Shown: positions 14,895 to 26,235 of the stretch, in pieces | How the letters are laid out: each line of letters opens with the position of its first letter | How positions within the stretch are numbered: position 1 is the first letter of the stretch | From: Octopus sinensis | Lineage: Eukaryota | NCBI RefSeq assembly: GCF_006345805.1 | Contig: NC_043001.1 | Coordinates: 118,482,001 to 118,546,000 of the forward strand | DNA: 64,000 bases | Reading direction: 5' to 3' | Position numbers and translations under genes: made by a program | Notes under the pieces: generated by a model | Told to the model about the DNA's origin: nothing | The model's input: the letters and a program-made list of their open reading frames with translations, nothing else | Database searches by the model: none

Positions 14895-15410
14895 TCCTCA
14901 TCATTGTTGTTTAATGTCCACATTCCATGCTGGCATGGGTTGGATGGTTTGACTGAGGGCTGGTGAGCCAGAAGGCTGCACCAGGCTCCAATCTGATCTG
15001 GCAAAGTTTCTACAGCTGGATGCCTTTCCTAACACCAACCACTCTGAGAATGTAGTGGGTGCTTTTCACGTACCACCAGCACGAGGGCCAGTTAGGTGGT
15101 ACTGGCATCGACCAGGAGCCAGTCAGGCAACACTGGCAACGATCATGCTTGAATGGTGCTTTTTACATGCCACCGGCATGGGAGCCAGTCAGGCAGCACT
15201 GGCATGGGTGCCAATCAGGTGTTACTGTCATTGGCCATGATAACAATTTCACTTGCCTCAACAGGTCTTCACAAGTGCAGTTTATTGCTCAATGATTGAA
15301 GGGTACTCTTAAATGGGCTGGTTATGCTGCTCTGGCATAGGCCATGGTTATGATCTCACTTGGCTTGCCAGGTCTTCTCAAGCATAGCATATCTCCAAAG
15401 GTCTCAGTCA
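14895..15410 (-). mobile_element. RTE-family 3' end fragment
   Basis: Shares ccatgctggcatgggttgga...ctacagctggatgcc and the stop-codon region with 46095-46680. Confidence 0.8.
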
Positions 15411-15529
15411 CTTTAGAGATATAGTTTATTTATTTTATTAGTTAAAACTTTCTCCAATAATTGCTGCACCACCAAATGTAAAAGACCTGAATCTTTAGCT
15501 ATTTCTTTCCAATATTTCAAGGAACTTTA

Positions 15530-15745
15530 AGACAGTGAGTTAGCAAAATAGTCAGCATGCCAAGCAAAATGCTCAGCAGCATTTTGTTTTTCCTTACATT
15601 CTGAGTTCAAATTCTGCCAGTGTCGACTTTGCCTTTCGTTCTTTCAGGGTCTATAAATTAAATACCAGTCAAGCACTGGGGTTGATGTAATCAACTTACC
15701 CACTCCCTCGAAATTGCTGGCCTTGTGCCAGAATTTGAAATCAAT
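15530..15745 (+). mobile_element. tRNA-derived SINE
   Basis: B-box-like gagttcaaattc followed by gtcgactttgcctttc...ggccttgtgcca. Same family as 39380-39590, 41950-42161 and 63100-63960. Confidence 0.75.
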
Positions 15746-15788
15746 ATTTCAAGGAAGATTAAATATTTTTGTTTTTTCTTTTGATTAG

Positions 15789-15915
15789 GTACTACTGCTA
15801 TTTACACATTCCTGAATATGCACCCTTCAATACGAAGCAATGTGAAACAGCCTGTCATCTTTGAAGAACTCCATTTCTTCAGTAGTGATCAATACTACAA
15901 CAAAGGATTAGATTG
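15789..15915 (+). CDS. NDST: NDST internal exon
   Basis: ttag|...|gtgagt, 127 nt, phase 1-2. Translates (G)TTAIYTFLNMHPSIRSNVKQPVIFEELHFFSSDQYYNKGLD(W) and completes GPQKTGTT. Confidence 0.96.
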
Positions 15916-17520
15916 GTGAGTTGTCTGTTTATTATTAGTCTTCTAGCAGTGCCAAATTAGGTTACTTTTATGTAACACCTGATCAACCCTGACTGGGCTG
16001 ACCTATTACCAAAGAATTTCCATCTATGACTCTTTCTCATCATTGTCCAGTGTGTCCTTCTTTCTCAAGGTGTTAGATATAATTTGAGACTGATTTTGTT
16101 GCAGGTAAATCAACCATGTAGATGCACGTGATTAGATTTTACCTTTCAACCTTTTAAGATAAAAAAAAAAACAAATCCAAGGCAGTGGATTGGTGGAATT
16201 ATAAGTCAGACAGTATGGCTTGCAGTATCTGTTCTGGCCCATTACATTCTGACAGCAATTCCTGGTTGACACTGATGCCAATCTACATCAACCCTAAGGA
16301 GTGGCCTTTCCTTGGGCAAAATTGATGGTGTGGAGAGGTGAGACTTGCATGCTTGAGCATATCCAGTCTTTCAAAAAACTTTAACCAAGGCTTGTGCACA
16401 CATGTACAAACAGATGGTCAACTCCTAGGGAGGTCCTTGATTTTGCATTCTGATGGAAAAACCTGTTTGCACCTCAGAATAAGCAATTATTGTTGTCATT
16501 GTTAGTCCTAGTCATTTCTGCATAAGCAGGTAGGTTGCAGATTATTTACTTGGGAGTAACTCTGGATATGCCATTGAATCCACATTGTACATTCTGTTTG
16601 ATTTGATTAATGTATCAACCAGCTCTTGTATCCCACCTGTCCTTGAAAATGAGATTACAAGTTTTAAATACCTAAATGGCTAAATGAAATACCCACAGTA
16701 AACATGGGACAGTTAGAATTTGAAAATTTGAGCAATGAAATTTCAACTTATCAGGCATAGCTATTGTTCCTGGGTAGTATTAAGTCTATTGCAGCATACT
16801 TAATCCCTCTGGTGCTGACATAGATCCTTCAATTTTCTAAGTGTATTACTTCAAAATAAACTGAGTTATAATGCAATTATTTTAATACATGTAATTCAGT
16901 GAAGGTTTACAAAACAAAACACTGATTGTAATGTAATTTCTAAGTTAGAAATACAAGTTATATGAGTATAATATCAGACAATAGGATTTATACAAAATGG
17001 TTTGTGGAAAATATTTCTCAAACTATACTGCCAAATCCAGCATATAATTTTTAATTTCAGAAATAAAAAAGATCAATTTTGGGGGCAGGCATAGTTGTTG
17101 TGGTTAAGGAATTTACTTTGCAACCTTATGGTGGTCTCAGGTTCAATCACACTGTGTGGCACCTTGGGCAGGTGTCTTCTGCCAAAGCCTAGTTAGAAAC
17201 ATTTTTGTAGACAGAAACCATGTAGAGGCTCACTGTATGTGTGTGTCATGTCATGTTGAAGGATGACAAAATATTGGTATGTTGAACAAAAAAAAAAGAA
17301 GAAAAAAAACTAACAAAATTTGGTATTTCAGCCTGCCATGATTGTTATACCTAGTAGACTATTTCAGCCTTCTCTAATGTTAATAAATTACATATCAAAG
17401 TACAAAAGTCAATATAATCAACTAAAACCATCAAAGGTAGGGCTCCAACATGGCTCATATAAAAAAAAAAAAGTTGTATTTGTGATTTTAATTTAGTTAA
17501 ATTTTTTTTTCTTGTTGCAG

Positions 17521-17698
17521 GTATATGAATGCCTTTAAACTAGATAATCCAAACCAAACAGATATAGTATTCTTTGAAAAAACTGCTGCCTATTTTGATA
17601 ATCCAATGGCACCAATGAGAATTGCTAGTTTGATTCCTGATGTAAAACTGGTTTTGATTCTCCTTGATCCTATTAAACGAGCATATTCTTGGTATCAG
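17521..17698 (+). CDS. NDST: NDST internal exon (3'-PB motif)
   Basis: ttgcag|...|gtgagt, 178 nt, phase 2-0. Translates YMNAFKLDNPNQTDIVFFEKTAAYFDNPMAPMRIASLIPDVKLVLILLDPIKRAYSWYQ. Confidence 0.97.
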
Positions 17699-18346
17699 GT
17701 GAGTTCAATGAGGACCCTTTATTTCAAATGTGCTGATGGCCATCAATTTATGTCTCTGGCCCCTCTCAGATATTTTCTTCTAGTTTCCTTATCTTTTTAT
17801 GTTTAATAAATTACAAAGTCTGCACAGGTAATAAAGTGGTGTTGTCTATTTAAAAAAGAACATCTGTATACATTTAAGTAATTTTTGAAGAAGTGAGCAC
17901 AGGTGCAATCATGTTAAGAAATTACCTTCACCATAACTTAGTTTCAAGTTCAATCTCACTGCACAGCATATTGGGGAAATACCTTCTGCCTTATTCATGA
18001 GTAAACCCAGGCCCTTTCAGTGACGTTGTGAAGTTAGAACCCATGTGGAAGCTTGATGGATGGGTTGTACCTGTTCTTGGTTGGTTGACTTAACCTGTTG
18101 CCTGGTTTAACCACTCCCTGGCCCTTAGGTACCTTTATATGAGTCCACTTTGTTTCCCTTCCCTGTCTCAGAAACCTTGCAAGAAATCATGAGTGTTGTC
18201 CTTCCTCATCTGACTAATTTTAATGGTTAATTTGTTTTATTAGATCACTGGCAGAATTATTACATAATGTAAAGCTTGTCGTTCTTTTGTGGTTTTTGCC
18301 ATTGTGAACTACTTCTGATCTCCTATTTCTTTTTCTATATCTGTAG

Positions 18347-18517
18347 CATGCACGAGCCCACCAAAATCCAGCCTCTTTGAATTATACATTTTATGAGATA
18401 ATCACAGCTGGAGAAGGAAGTCACAAAATTCAGCGAGATCTTCGGAATCGATGTCTGAATCCATCTCTGTATGCGCAACACTTAGAACGCTGGCTTGATT
18501 ACTTCCATCCGTCTCAG
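18347..18517 (+). CDS. NDST: NDST internal exon
   Basis: ctgtag|...|gtaaga, 171 nt, phase 0-0. Translates HARAHQNPASLNYTFYEIITAGEGSHKIQRDLRNRCLNPSLYAQHLERWLDYFHPSQ. Confidence 0.97.
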
Positions 18518-18583
18518 GTAAGAAGTTTTCTAGTTACTTTTTAGTAAAACATGAAGCCCTTTTTTTCTTGTTAATGTGGCTCA

Positions 18584-19135
18584 TCATCATTATCATCCTT
18601 GCACATGTTAAGTCCACTGTTTGGACAAATGCCACAGTCTGATGTTTTCCTCATCCATGTTTGGGTGCTGAAGAATTTAACAAAATCTTTTATTTCAACT
18701 TCTGCATGGTCTTCCCCTTTTTTCTGGACATAGTATCCACTCTGTTAATTTGGTATTCCATTTATTGTCCTTTCTTCTGAACACCTACCTTGGACAAATA
18801 ATATGCTTAAAGGATAAAAATCAGACTAGAGAAATTGAATGTCAAATTCAATTAGGATGGAAAATTGAATCACATCATGAACAGTAATTTGCTCATATGT
18901 CTAAGAAGAAAGGTCCTCAACCAGTCTGTGTTGCTTATGATTATACAGGCATCAGAAACATGGACTGCCAACAAAATCACTGAAAATAAATGAAGAGCAA
19001 CACAAAGAATCATGGAAAGGAAAATGCTGAAGATTAGCAAAATGGATAAGTGGAGAAACAACCGGATAAGAGTGGCAAAATGTTTAACGGATAATATCAG
19101 GGGGAAGAAAAGAAAATGTAGCTCACTCAGATAAA
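18584..19135. mobile_element. RTE LINE 3' portion with 5' inversion
   Basis: 18584-18790 (minus): RRKDNKWNTKLTEW..RGRP then a (GAT)n tail. ~18830-19135 (plus): LRRKVLNQSVL...SETWT...TQRIMERKML. Confidence 0.7.
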
Positions 19136-19646
19136 ATAAGGGAATCAAAATTATTTCAACTAAATACAATCTTTTGGTTGTCATCATCTTCAGTAATAGC
19201 ATCAAGGTCATTTGTTAAAGGCTTTTTATTTTGTCTTTTTTACTGAACTGGATCAATATGACTGGAATGAAGAGATGCTTGAGATATTGAAAAACCTGTG
19301 ATTCTGCAGTTTTTTGGCTGGAACTTTTTGAAAATGAGTAGCATCTTTCATTGTGCATTCTTGAGCATTGTATCTTGTCTGCCAACAATTTTACCATCAC
19401 AATGTTTTGCAAAGTGCCTCTCATTCATGTTCTCTCTCTCTCTCCCACTCACTTACACTCTTCCAACACTAGCATGTCTGATAAATTTGAACCCAGCATT
19501 GTGAAATTGACAGGTATCTTGTCAACAAGCTTAAGTAAATATTCATCAGTTAATTAAGCCTTTTATTGTGAAAATCTGATATATCATCTCAAAATTTCAT
19601 TACCCATAACTGTGTGGAAAGCCGTTTGATATACTGATCTATCTTT

Positions 19647-20047
19647 TAATAATAATAATAATAATAATTGTGTACAGTGCTCAGGTGCACTACAACTCAT
19701 CTAAAGTGTATATATAATCAGGTGTAGTTTCGACGGATTTCGGGAAGCATGAGGGCCTTAAAGGATGCAGTGTCATGGCAGTCAACAACTGATGCAGGCA
19801 GTTTATTCCATGCTTCAGCAACTCTGAGCGTGAAAAAATGTTTCCGAAAGTCATGGGAGCTGTGCTGTTTTCTGACTTTGTAGGCATGTCCACGTGTGTT
19901 AGACACATGGAGATCAAAAAGGTGTTCAGTGTTGTTGTTGGTGAGGTGGTTGATAACCTTGTGGGTGTTTACCAAGTCCGTCGCTAGACGCCGGAGCTTC
20001 AGTGAATCCATGCCCAGGGAAACAAGGCGCTCAGAATATGGTAGGTG
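19647..20047 (-). mobile_element. CR1/L2-like LINE 3' end
   Basis: LPYSERLVSLGMDSLKLRRLATDL...TRGHAYKV...RKHFFTLRVAEAWNKLP, short 3' UTR, (ATT)n tail. Confidence 0.9.
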
Positions 20048-21660
20048 AGGAATGTCATATTCCAAGCTATTTTTTGTTGACATATGTCAAGTTTATTGAG
20101 ACAGCATGACTTTCAGAAAACACCAGTTTTATTTTTTGGTAGATATTTAGCATCATTACTGGAATAACCATGAAATGTAATTTTGCAGTCAAAGGTTATG
20201 TATTTGAAGCCTGTAACAATGAATTCTACCTCTTCATAGAATCTATTTGCAAAGATGACAGTGGCACTAGAGATCCTTTCCCCAGCCTTTATAAATCAGT
20301 AGATATATATTTTTATATATGGCATATTATGTTGATAGGTTATTTGTCATACCAACAGACAACTATCTCTACAAAAAGTTTTTACTCTCTGTAAAGAAGT
20401 GTCGGATGTGTGTGTGTACGCATGCATGCACGCACACACACACACACACACTGTTTAGTCTTGCTGAAGATACAGCATAGCTAAACAGTTGAGCAGTTTG
20501 CTTTCTGATCAAAATGTTTTGGGTTGAACCAAGCCTTGTACATGAAATTGGGAAAACTGAAGCTGTGTGGAAGCCAGTTAAATGGATTATATTTGTAATT
20601 GTGTCAAAATACACTCATTTCACTCTGAAGTGGCTGGTGATAGGAAGGCCATCCTGCTATGAAAACCATGCCAAAAGTGGAAGATGCTCCTGACCCATCT
20701 TGGAGGAGAGTAACTCAAAATAAGAACTGACTGAGCCATGATGGTCCTTATAGCTCATGCTAGCAAGGAGAGCAGACAGATAAGAATGATGATGATGATA
20801 GTTATTCTGGAAAATTAAAGCAACTAACATGAGAATATGGAAACTGTGGTTTTGTAGCCATTAGGCATGGAAGTTACTTGGAATATTAAGAGGGATAGTT
20901 ATATTCGAGCAGTGTTACATTCATTTTTATTCTCAAGAAAATCAGCCTTGATTGAACAAACCAATGATGAAAGGTATTCCAGTCATGATCATCATGTCTT
21001 TTGTATTTCAAGAACTATATTGTTTAATGTGATTTGAGGGAATTGGGCAGTTATTTTTAAAGGGTCAAGTTATTGTGTAGAGGTGCGCTCATTGATCTGG
21101 CCACATAGTTTGAACAGCAGAATATCAGATAATCAGTACAAGTGAAATGAAATAGTTTTGATGGGAGATTGAAACCATCTTGAAGTCTCAGCTTATTCAG
21201 GAACTTACATTATATCCTTCATTGGTCTATAAAGGCAATCCTCTTCAAGGTGCATACATTTGAACTTTCAAAAGTCTGGGGAGTTGAAAATTCTCTTCAT
21301 TTCATGCACACACATAACAAGTAGAAGCAAAAATTGAATGTATGAATTTTGGGGAACTGCCTGTACCAGCATGGTCTCATTGGTGTAATCTCCACAGCAG
21401 TTTCCACAAGAAACTACCAGTTAAACTCCTTACTGTTTTATGGTGGAGCTTGTTCACTCAATATGTAAGTTAACAACCTCCACCTTGTAATGTGTAACTT
21501 TAATTTACTTTGAGATTGTTATTATACAATTGAAATTTAATAATTTATTCAGTATACATTCAATGTTGTTCTGATTTGATAACTTCTGACAAGTAATATA
21601 AATAAAATAAAATTAATTTCATTAATATATATATATTTTTCACTCTCCCCAAACTTCCAG

Positions 21661-21770
21661 TTACTTATCCTTGATGGTCAAGAAATAAAGGAAAACCCAC
21701 CATTGGTTATGTCTAAAATACAGAAGTTTATTGAAGTGAAGCCTTATATTGATTTTAGAAAGCTATTACG
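21661..21770 (+). CDS. NDST: NDST internal exon
   Basis: ttccag|...|gtgagg, 110 nt, phase 0-2. Translates LLILDGQEIKENPPLVMSKIQKFIEVKPYIDFRKLL(R). Confidence 0.96.
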
Positions 21771-22816
21771 GTGAGGATTTTACATTAATTTCATTTTTTA
21801 ACTTTTTAGAGATTTCCACACACTGTGGAAGTTTATTATTTTACATATTTCTATCCTGGATGCTATTTGGATGACTCTTTTCAAACCTTTGTCTAAACCA
21901 TTTGAAGGTATAGCCATGTCGTTAAGAAGGTCGCTTTGAAGCCATGTGGTTTCAGGTCCATTTCCATTGCATGGCTCTGTAAGCAGGTATCTTCTGTCAG
22001 CCCACAGTGACCGTTACCATGGAAGTGGAATTGTAAATGGAAGCTTTAGAAAGCCTGTTATGTCTGTGTTTTCTCATTGTCTTGACATTGCACGCTGCAC
22101 AAAAACTGGTTCTGTGTATGTGACCATGTCTTTGTCTAAAATCTGCTGTGGAAATGGTTCTAGCTATTCGAGCTGTTTGTTGTTCAAAGGACTAAAGGAA
22201 ATAGTACCTTATTTGAAACAAAAGAGGATTGGCAACAGGAAGAGCATCTGGCCATTGACTCATGCCATCCTGGGTAAAGTTGATGTTAAAATGCTGATGG
22301 GAATTGCAGCTTGAAATTGTTTGATATTGTAATCTGAAACAAATCTGTTTATTTTAGTTTTTTTAAACAACCATTAATACATCAAAAAACATGAGAGCAT
22401 GTTTGTAAGAAAACCTCACCATTTTCATGAATTGAAAAGATAGATGTATCTAGTCAAGTATTTGTGTCACATATTTTTGTAGGGAAAATATTGAATTGTT
22501 AGGTTCTTATTCTAACAAAGCATGATGCAAATAAGTTCCAATCATTTGTAACACAGTTTTGACGAAGTCCAACTGTGGCTTATAATGTATCAGGTTCATT
22601 TCTGCCTGTAGCAAAAAATGAAAATAGATGTTAAATTCATAATGATAATGACTGCAGCTGTCATGTCCAACTAAACTTTTAGAGCAAAGATTTTATGAAA
22701 TCTAATAATGGAAATTCTCTCTAATTAATTATGCTGTTTAAATGTAGAGGTGAGAATACATTTTTTTTTAAATACAGAAGATAGTGTTACCTTAATTCTT
22801 GGGTAGATGCCATTTC

Positions 22817-22855
<39 letters not shown>

Positions 22856-23219
22856 ACCTAATTCTTCTTGGGAAAAGTATGAATGTTGCAATTTCCATTT
22901 CTCCTTCCTAAAATATGAGTATGTGATATTTGTATCTAATCAAAAGAAACCAGTATTTATTGGTAAAATTTCACAAATGTTAACTTTTTGAAATAAAACC
23001 TAAAACTTGCATGTTTTCCTGTGTCATTTTATCCAGTTACATTATTCTGATCCCTATGACTGTTTTTTTTTTTCCCGTAAATCAATAAACTCTTCCAGTG
23101 ATACAATAAATACAGATGCCTGTGAAGCTAATTAAAGTAATTAATATATGTGAAAAAAACTTCTGATGAAATTGGTGACTTATAAATTTTTCAAACCTCT
23201 AATTTCCTCTCTGTTGTAG

Positions 23220-23448
23220 TTATGATGCCAAGAAGAAGTTCTACTGTCAAGTCTTGTCAACAGATAACACCAAGTGCCTTGGACCAGGCAAGGGCAGAGT
23301 ATATCCTCCTATGGAGGAATCAGCATACAGATTCTTGAAAATGTTCTTTCGCCGACACAATGTAGCTCTATCAAAATTACTTATGAAACTAAACCAAGCC
23401 ACTCCAGTACCGGCTTGGCTTAAAGAAGATCTCCAAGAAACCTTATAG
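23220..23448 (+). CDS. NDST: NDST terminal coding exon
   Basis: ttgtag| acceptor, phase 2. Translates YDAKKKFYCQVLSTDNTKCLGPGKGRVYPPMEESAYRFLKMFFRRHNVALSKLLMKLNQATPVPAWLKEDLQETL*; the C..C pair and KGRxY are conserved. Confidence 0.97.
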
Positions 23449-23635
23449 TATATATCTGTAATTTCAAAACCACACACACATACACACAAAATATTTATGT
23501 AAAAATACAATTAATATACATCTATTTAGATTATTCATCTAACATTTAAAGAACATTCTAGTTCTTGCTTGGCAAAAAAAACAACAACAAAAAAACCAAA
23601 AAAAAACCAAAAAAAATCAAAACCCGAAACCCCCA

Positions 23636-24032
23636 AATAAATGCATTATATAAACAGTCTCTACAATTTCCTACTCATTAACACATCAACTCTTTTCCTT
23701 CTCTGCCTCCCAAGCATTTTGATAAAGTCAATAGGAATATGAGGACTTTATGTTGTAAGAAAATTTAAGATATTTTTAAAATTCAATTTCTATAATTAAT
23801 CACATAAGCATTTATGAGAAGAACAAACCATCATTTCTCTCTCTCTCTCTATTTCTCATTATATTATCATCCTTCTTCACAATTACTACAGTAATACAAG
23901 TGAATACATTCTCATCTATGGAATGCTTAATATTTGAGTATAATTTGGTTGGTGTAAGTCTCATGCTATCAGGATTTGATGTATTTCAGCTATTCTTCTT
24001 CAATAAAATATTCCAGAGAATATCATGTGTGT

Positions 24033-24092
<60 letters not shown>

Positions 24093-24386
24093 TATATATA
24101 TAATATATAATGATGTGAATATTGTATGATTTATTTGTATTCAAAAGTGTTAACATTTATTGAACAATAGGAAAAAATATTTTTTTCCCAAAATATATGT
24201 TACATTTTTTTGTTTTGGAAGGTTTGTACTGGTGCTGGCCCGTTTGGAACACTATGCAAGTCATTTAATCTTGATTGTAATGCTGTCAATTCCTAGAACA
24301 GCTGATAATTGCCCTCCATCGTTTTGTTGTTCTTTTTTTTTTTTTGCATGCTGTGTGGGTTTCTTGTTAGTTGTAATGGTAATAAA
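23636..24386 (+). terminator. Candidate polyadenylation signals for NDST
   Basis: AATAAA at 23636, 24002 and 24381 downstream of the stop. Which one is used cannot be told in such AT-rich sequence. Confidence 0.35.
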
Positions 24387-24510
24387 ATCCAAGTATCATT
24401 TGAGAACTACAATGTACCGTAGGTGTTGAAGCTGAATAGTTAAGATGTTGAACTAAGTTTGAAAGCCAAGTATGATATGGTCTTAATTAATTAAAGCACA
24501 TTACATATAT

Positions 24511-24858
24511 ATAATCTGAAGCAAAGGAAATACAAATATCAATATACAACATAAGTATAAGGGGGCATTCATAGTTAATATTATTAGGTTGATGTTCAAG
24601 GAAAGAAGAAAAGTATATATTTATATATATATATATATATATATCTGAAGCAAAGGAAATACAAATATCAATATACAACATAAGTATTCATAGTTAATAT
24701 TATTAGGTTGATGTTCAAGGAAAGAAGAAAAGTATATATTTATATATATATATATATATATATAATCTGAAGCAAAGGAAATACAAATATCAATATACAA
24801 CATAAGTATTCATAGTTAATATTATTAGGTTGATGTTCAAGGAAAGAAGAAAAGTATA

Positions 24859-24906
<48 letters not shown>

Positions 24907-25001
24907 CTGAAGCAAGGAAATACAAATATCAATATACAACATAAGTATTCATAGTTAATATTATTAGGTTGATGTTCAAGAAAAGAAGAAAAGTATATAT
25001 T

Positions 25002-25058
<57 letters not shown>

Positions 25059-25151
25059 CTGAAGCAAAGGAAATACAAATATCAATATACAACATAAGTA
25101 TTCATAGTTAATATTATTAGGTTGATGTTCAAGAAAAGAAGAAAAGTATAT

Positions 25152-25198
<47 letters not shown>

Positions 25199-25425
25199 CT
25201 GAAGCAAAGGAAATACAAATATCAATATACAACATAAGTATTCATAGTTAATATTATTAGGTTGATGTTCAAGAAAAGAAGAAAAGTATATATTATATAT
25301 AATATATATATATATATATTATATATATATAATCTGAAGCAAAGGAAATACAAATATCAATATACAACATAAGTATTCATAGTTAATATTATTAGGTTGA
25401 TGTTCAAGAAAAGAAGAAAAGTATA

Positions 25426-25465
<40 letters not shown>

Positions 25466-25561
25466 CTGAAGCAAAGGAAATACAAATATCAATATACAAC
25501 ATAAGTATTCATAGTTAATATTATTAGGTTGATGTTCAAGAAAAGAAGAAAAGTATATATT

Positions 25562-25597
<36 letters not shown>

Positions 25598-25703
25598 ATA
25601 TATATATAATCTGAAGCAAAGGAAATACAAATATCAATATACAACATAAGTATTCATAGTTAATATTATTAGGTTGATGTTCAAGAAAAGAAAAGTATAT
25701 ATT

Positions 25704-25760
<57 letters not shown>

Positions 25761-25850
25761 CTGAAGCAAAGGAAATACAAATATCAATATACAACATAAG
25801 TATTCATAGTTAATATTATTAGGTTGATGTTCAAGGAAAGAAGAAAAGTA
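24511..25850. repeat. Compound tandem repeat: 10 copies of a ~100 bp unit, separated by (TA)n
   Basis: Unit ataatctgaagcaaaggaaatacaaatatc...ggttgatgttcaagRaaagaagaaaagtatatatt followed by a variable (TA)n tract. Confidence 0.95.
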
Positions 25851-26235
25851 TAATATTTCAAACATAGTTCTTTGTTGGATACTAGAGGAAAGTCCAGGAG
25901 GGACTAGGAAGGGACTAAAGGAGATAAAATGGAAAGCTTACGTAGAATACATGTGGGTTAGATTCACACGTGCACTAGCCAAAGTATCCCTGCATGGCAC
26001 TGTAGACAAGTGTCTTCTACTGTAGCTTTGAGTTGGTCTGACCAATGTCTTGTGTAGAGCTGGTAGATGAAAACTATGGAAGCTTGTTATATGCGTGTGC
26101 ACGTTTGAGAATGTTTACATTCCATGTCTCTGCATGAAAGCATCGAGCTAAAAACATTCCCTGTCAACAAATCATTTTTAGCTCTGCATTTCCAAAAACA
26201 AATGGAATAAAAGTCCCTTTCTAGAAAAACATGTG

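Noticed and set aside
24487-25865. CRISPR-like repeat-spacer look and YIYI-rich ORFs
   Set aside because: Repeats are ~100 bp, the spacers are only (TA)n, there are no cas genes, and the context is eukaryotic.
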